DNA of 63,920 nt, filler included, from Rozella allomycis CSF55 (lineage: Eukaryota), in assembly GCA_000442015.1 (NCBI GenBank). It is 7 parts of 7 records of this genome, joined end to end, with 100 filler letters (N's around TTAATTAATTAA, not from the genome) between each part and the next. Parts side by side here need not be neighbours in the genome. Positions count along the whole stretch, not along the records: positions 51,712 to 63,920 come from KE561210.1; 6 more parts are not named here. One strand, given 5' to 3'. Below, piece by piece: positions 61,653 through 63,920 of this stretch (positions within the stretch are counted from its first letter, which is position 1; each line of letters opens with the position of its first letter). Both the position numbers and the translations under genes were made by a program. The notes beneath the pieces are model-generated. The model did not search any database and was not told where the DNA came from. It saw nothing but the letters and a program-made list of their open reading frames with translations.

Positions 61653-62950
61653 ATGGAAGAACTTTTGCAAAAGCTCTACATCTGTGAGACGAGTGAGGAA
61701 TGCTACGAGACTGCTGAAAACATAGCACTAGAGTATCAGAAATCCTATGATGTAGCTATTCTGGAAAACCTAGCAAAGAATGCCAAGCACAAATCTGGAT
61801 TCAATAGAGAGAGTGCAATGATAGGTTTTGAAATGTTATTAAAAAAGGTGGGTGTAGTTGTAGTGCCACATGTCTTGTCGTATGATTGGAGTTGCATGGA
61901 GATAAAGGAGAGCCAGTGAGAGCCGCTGCACGTAATGCTATTAATGAGCTTGTTGAATTAGTGCCACCTACTGCTATGGAGTGTTACTTGTTTCCCATCT
62001 TGTATGAAATTATGGAGAATGGAAAGTGGCAGGCCAAGGTTGCTGCAGTTAAACTATTAGCAGAGATTTCCAAGAGCGAGCCTGAATTAGTAGCAAACTG
62101 TCTAGCGGATATCATTGAACCGATTTCGCACTGTATGCATGAAATCAAGAGTGAAGTTTCAGAGGCGGCCAAGGAAAGTATGCGAGCGATTGGCGGTGTA
62201 GTTGGCAACCCAGATATTCAGCCGTTGATGGATGATTTGATCCATACAATGGCGGTCCCCAGTGAATTGGAGAATGTGATTCAAAAATTCAAAAATTGGA
62301 GGCAACAACTTTTGTGGCTGATGTGACCAGGGCAGCGTTAGCAATTCTAGTCCCCTTGTTAGTCCGTGCATTTATCTATTAGATCTTCGGTGACTACTAG
62401 GAGAACAGTTATAATTATAAGAAACTTGATGGAAATGGTGAGATCAGCTAATGATGTTGAAGTGTTTGCACCAATGCTGTTACCGTGGTTGGAGAGAATG
62501 ATAGAAACAGCGTCGTTTCCTGAAATTAGAAATTTATCGCAGATGGCCAAAGATATTTTGGAGAAGAAACGAGTTGGTGCTATAAAGATGGATGATGAGG
62601 AAATTGAAGGGCTGGTGAGAAGAGAGATACCTGAAGCCGAGTTCGTCGTGCCCATGTTGGTTAAGCTGGTCAAACAAAGACAATTCAATAATAAGAAATG
62701 GCAGCGTGTTTTATCTTTTGAGGGTTTAGAAAAGCGATTGTGGGTGATTGAATTTTTCAAGAAGAGAGACAAGGAGTTGTACACTGAAGAAGGGGTTGAT
62801 GATACAGAAGATGATTTATGCAATTGTGAATTTAGTTTGGTATACGGAGGAATGTTGCTGCTGAATAGAACGAGATTAAAGTTGAAGAAGGCAAGAAGGT
62901 ATGGTCTGTGTGGAAGAAATGGAGTTGGAAAGACAACTTTGATGAGAGCT
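61653..62950 (+). pseudogene. eEF3/New1-like ABC-F translation factor, frameshifted and truncated
   Basis: HEAT region (GDKGEPVRAAA, KWQAKVAA, MHEIKSEVS, VGNPDI), LCNCEFSLVYGGMLLL..RRYGLCGRNGVGKTTLMRA; at least 3 frameshifts; homology ends just after Walker A. Confidence 0.85.
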
Positions 62951-63920
62951 GGTAATCTTATCTTTCACTTCTCTAGTCTCTCCACTCCCCTCATTATCTC
63001 TCATTCCTTCAGCTTTCTCTATTTCCAACTTCTTAACCATTAAATACTCATAAAAAGCTTCCACTATCCCCACCTCTTCTCCAAACTTAGCCCCACTACT
63101 TTCTTCGCATCTTTCCCCACCACTAATCTCTCCACTCTTAACAACATGAAAAATAGCCTGTTCATTCTCAATCCTTCTAGTCCTTTCAACCACAGTAAGT
63201 GTCTTACTATTACTAAATTCCAACAGTGCATTAATACTAGCAGTTATCAATGTTCGAGGTTTCAACGGGTGGCTCTTATGCAGGACTTCTAGTATTAGGT
63301 TGATGCTGGATGGACGGTGTGCTGATAGATGAAATGACAGTGGGATTAATTGGTTTAGGGATGTGGGGAGTGGATTTTTTAATGTTCAAAAGTGAATAAT
63401 CTATTTGTTCACCCTGACTTTGATATTGGTTTAATAAATTGATTATTCGTTTAATAATTCCTACCCTTGTATTAATTTTATAACAAACAAACAACATCCA
63501 CACATCCTTGTATTCTACCGCATATTTCATCAATACATTCACACACATTATTTCCACTGTTTTATTCAATTGATTCAGCTGTTTGTTTTCTAGATATTCG
63601 TTTTCGGTTTTTATTCCGGTCAAGGTTAGGAAGTAGTCTTTTGTGTAAATATTCAATCGTCGTACAAAATCTTCATTGAAATTGAGGTCTTCTTTAAGTG
63701 ACTTCACATTGTCTAATCTTTCACCATCAGAGTTTTTGCTTTCTATTCTCATGTTATAAACCAAATACTCATCACTCAACCGGCTGCCACAAAAGACCTT
63801 CCTCCTCATCTTCTTCCCAGCACACCTCATTTCCTCATCATAGACACTCACTCCCACATAATACTCTCGATTCACTTTCAGACCCTCAACAACAAAATTC
63901 CCACATTCCAATGGTATATA
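62951..63920 (-). CDS. Probable CFAP54-like flagellar protein internal fragment
   Basis: VEGLKVNREYYVGVSVYDEE resembles the CFAP54 V.GL..N..Y.FAVAAYD motif; purine-rich coding strand. Confidence 0.4.

Overview
AT-rich eukaryotic draft assembly made of seven scaffold pieces joined by artificial N44-TTAATTAATTAA-N44 linkers. Many single-N joins splice short contigs of collapsed repeats together. Tiny 24-32 nt introns, flagellar genes (CFAP57, probably CFAP54, TMEM17-like), a class I aldolase, an eEF3/New1-like gene and Crinkler-like effectors point by inference to a zoosporic early-diverging fungal parasite, Rozella/Cryptomycota-like. Contents: (1) 1-10.9 kb: a fascin-like beta-trefoil gene and many fragments of Crinkler-type NTPase+REase genes. 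(2) 11-28.7 kb: a very compact block of about 15 housekeeping genes (SART3, VMA7, RING, Sec61gamma, aldolase, ABHD13, TMEM17-like, RAB3GAP1, MsrB, SS18-like, ALYREF, VMA5, HAM1-like, metallophosphoesterase, sterol glucosyltransferase). (3) 28.8-39.7 kb: transposon debris (KDZ, Ty3/Gypsy, MULE, hAT). (4) 39.8-47 kb: effector-like genes (coiled-coil+HNH nuclease, secreted NLS-bearing protein). (5) 48.9-51 kb: Ty3/Gypsy pol fragments that carry a DIRS-type N6-adenine methyltransferase-like domain between RNase H and integrase, the most unusual observation. (6) A complete but decayed chromoviral LTR element with a Tf1-type self-priming structure. (7) A sorting nexin, an eEF3/New1 pseudogene and a CFAP54-like fragment. 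All family assignments come from motif recognition by eye, not from database searches.
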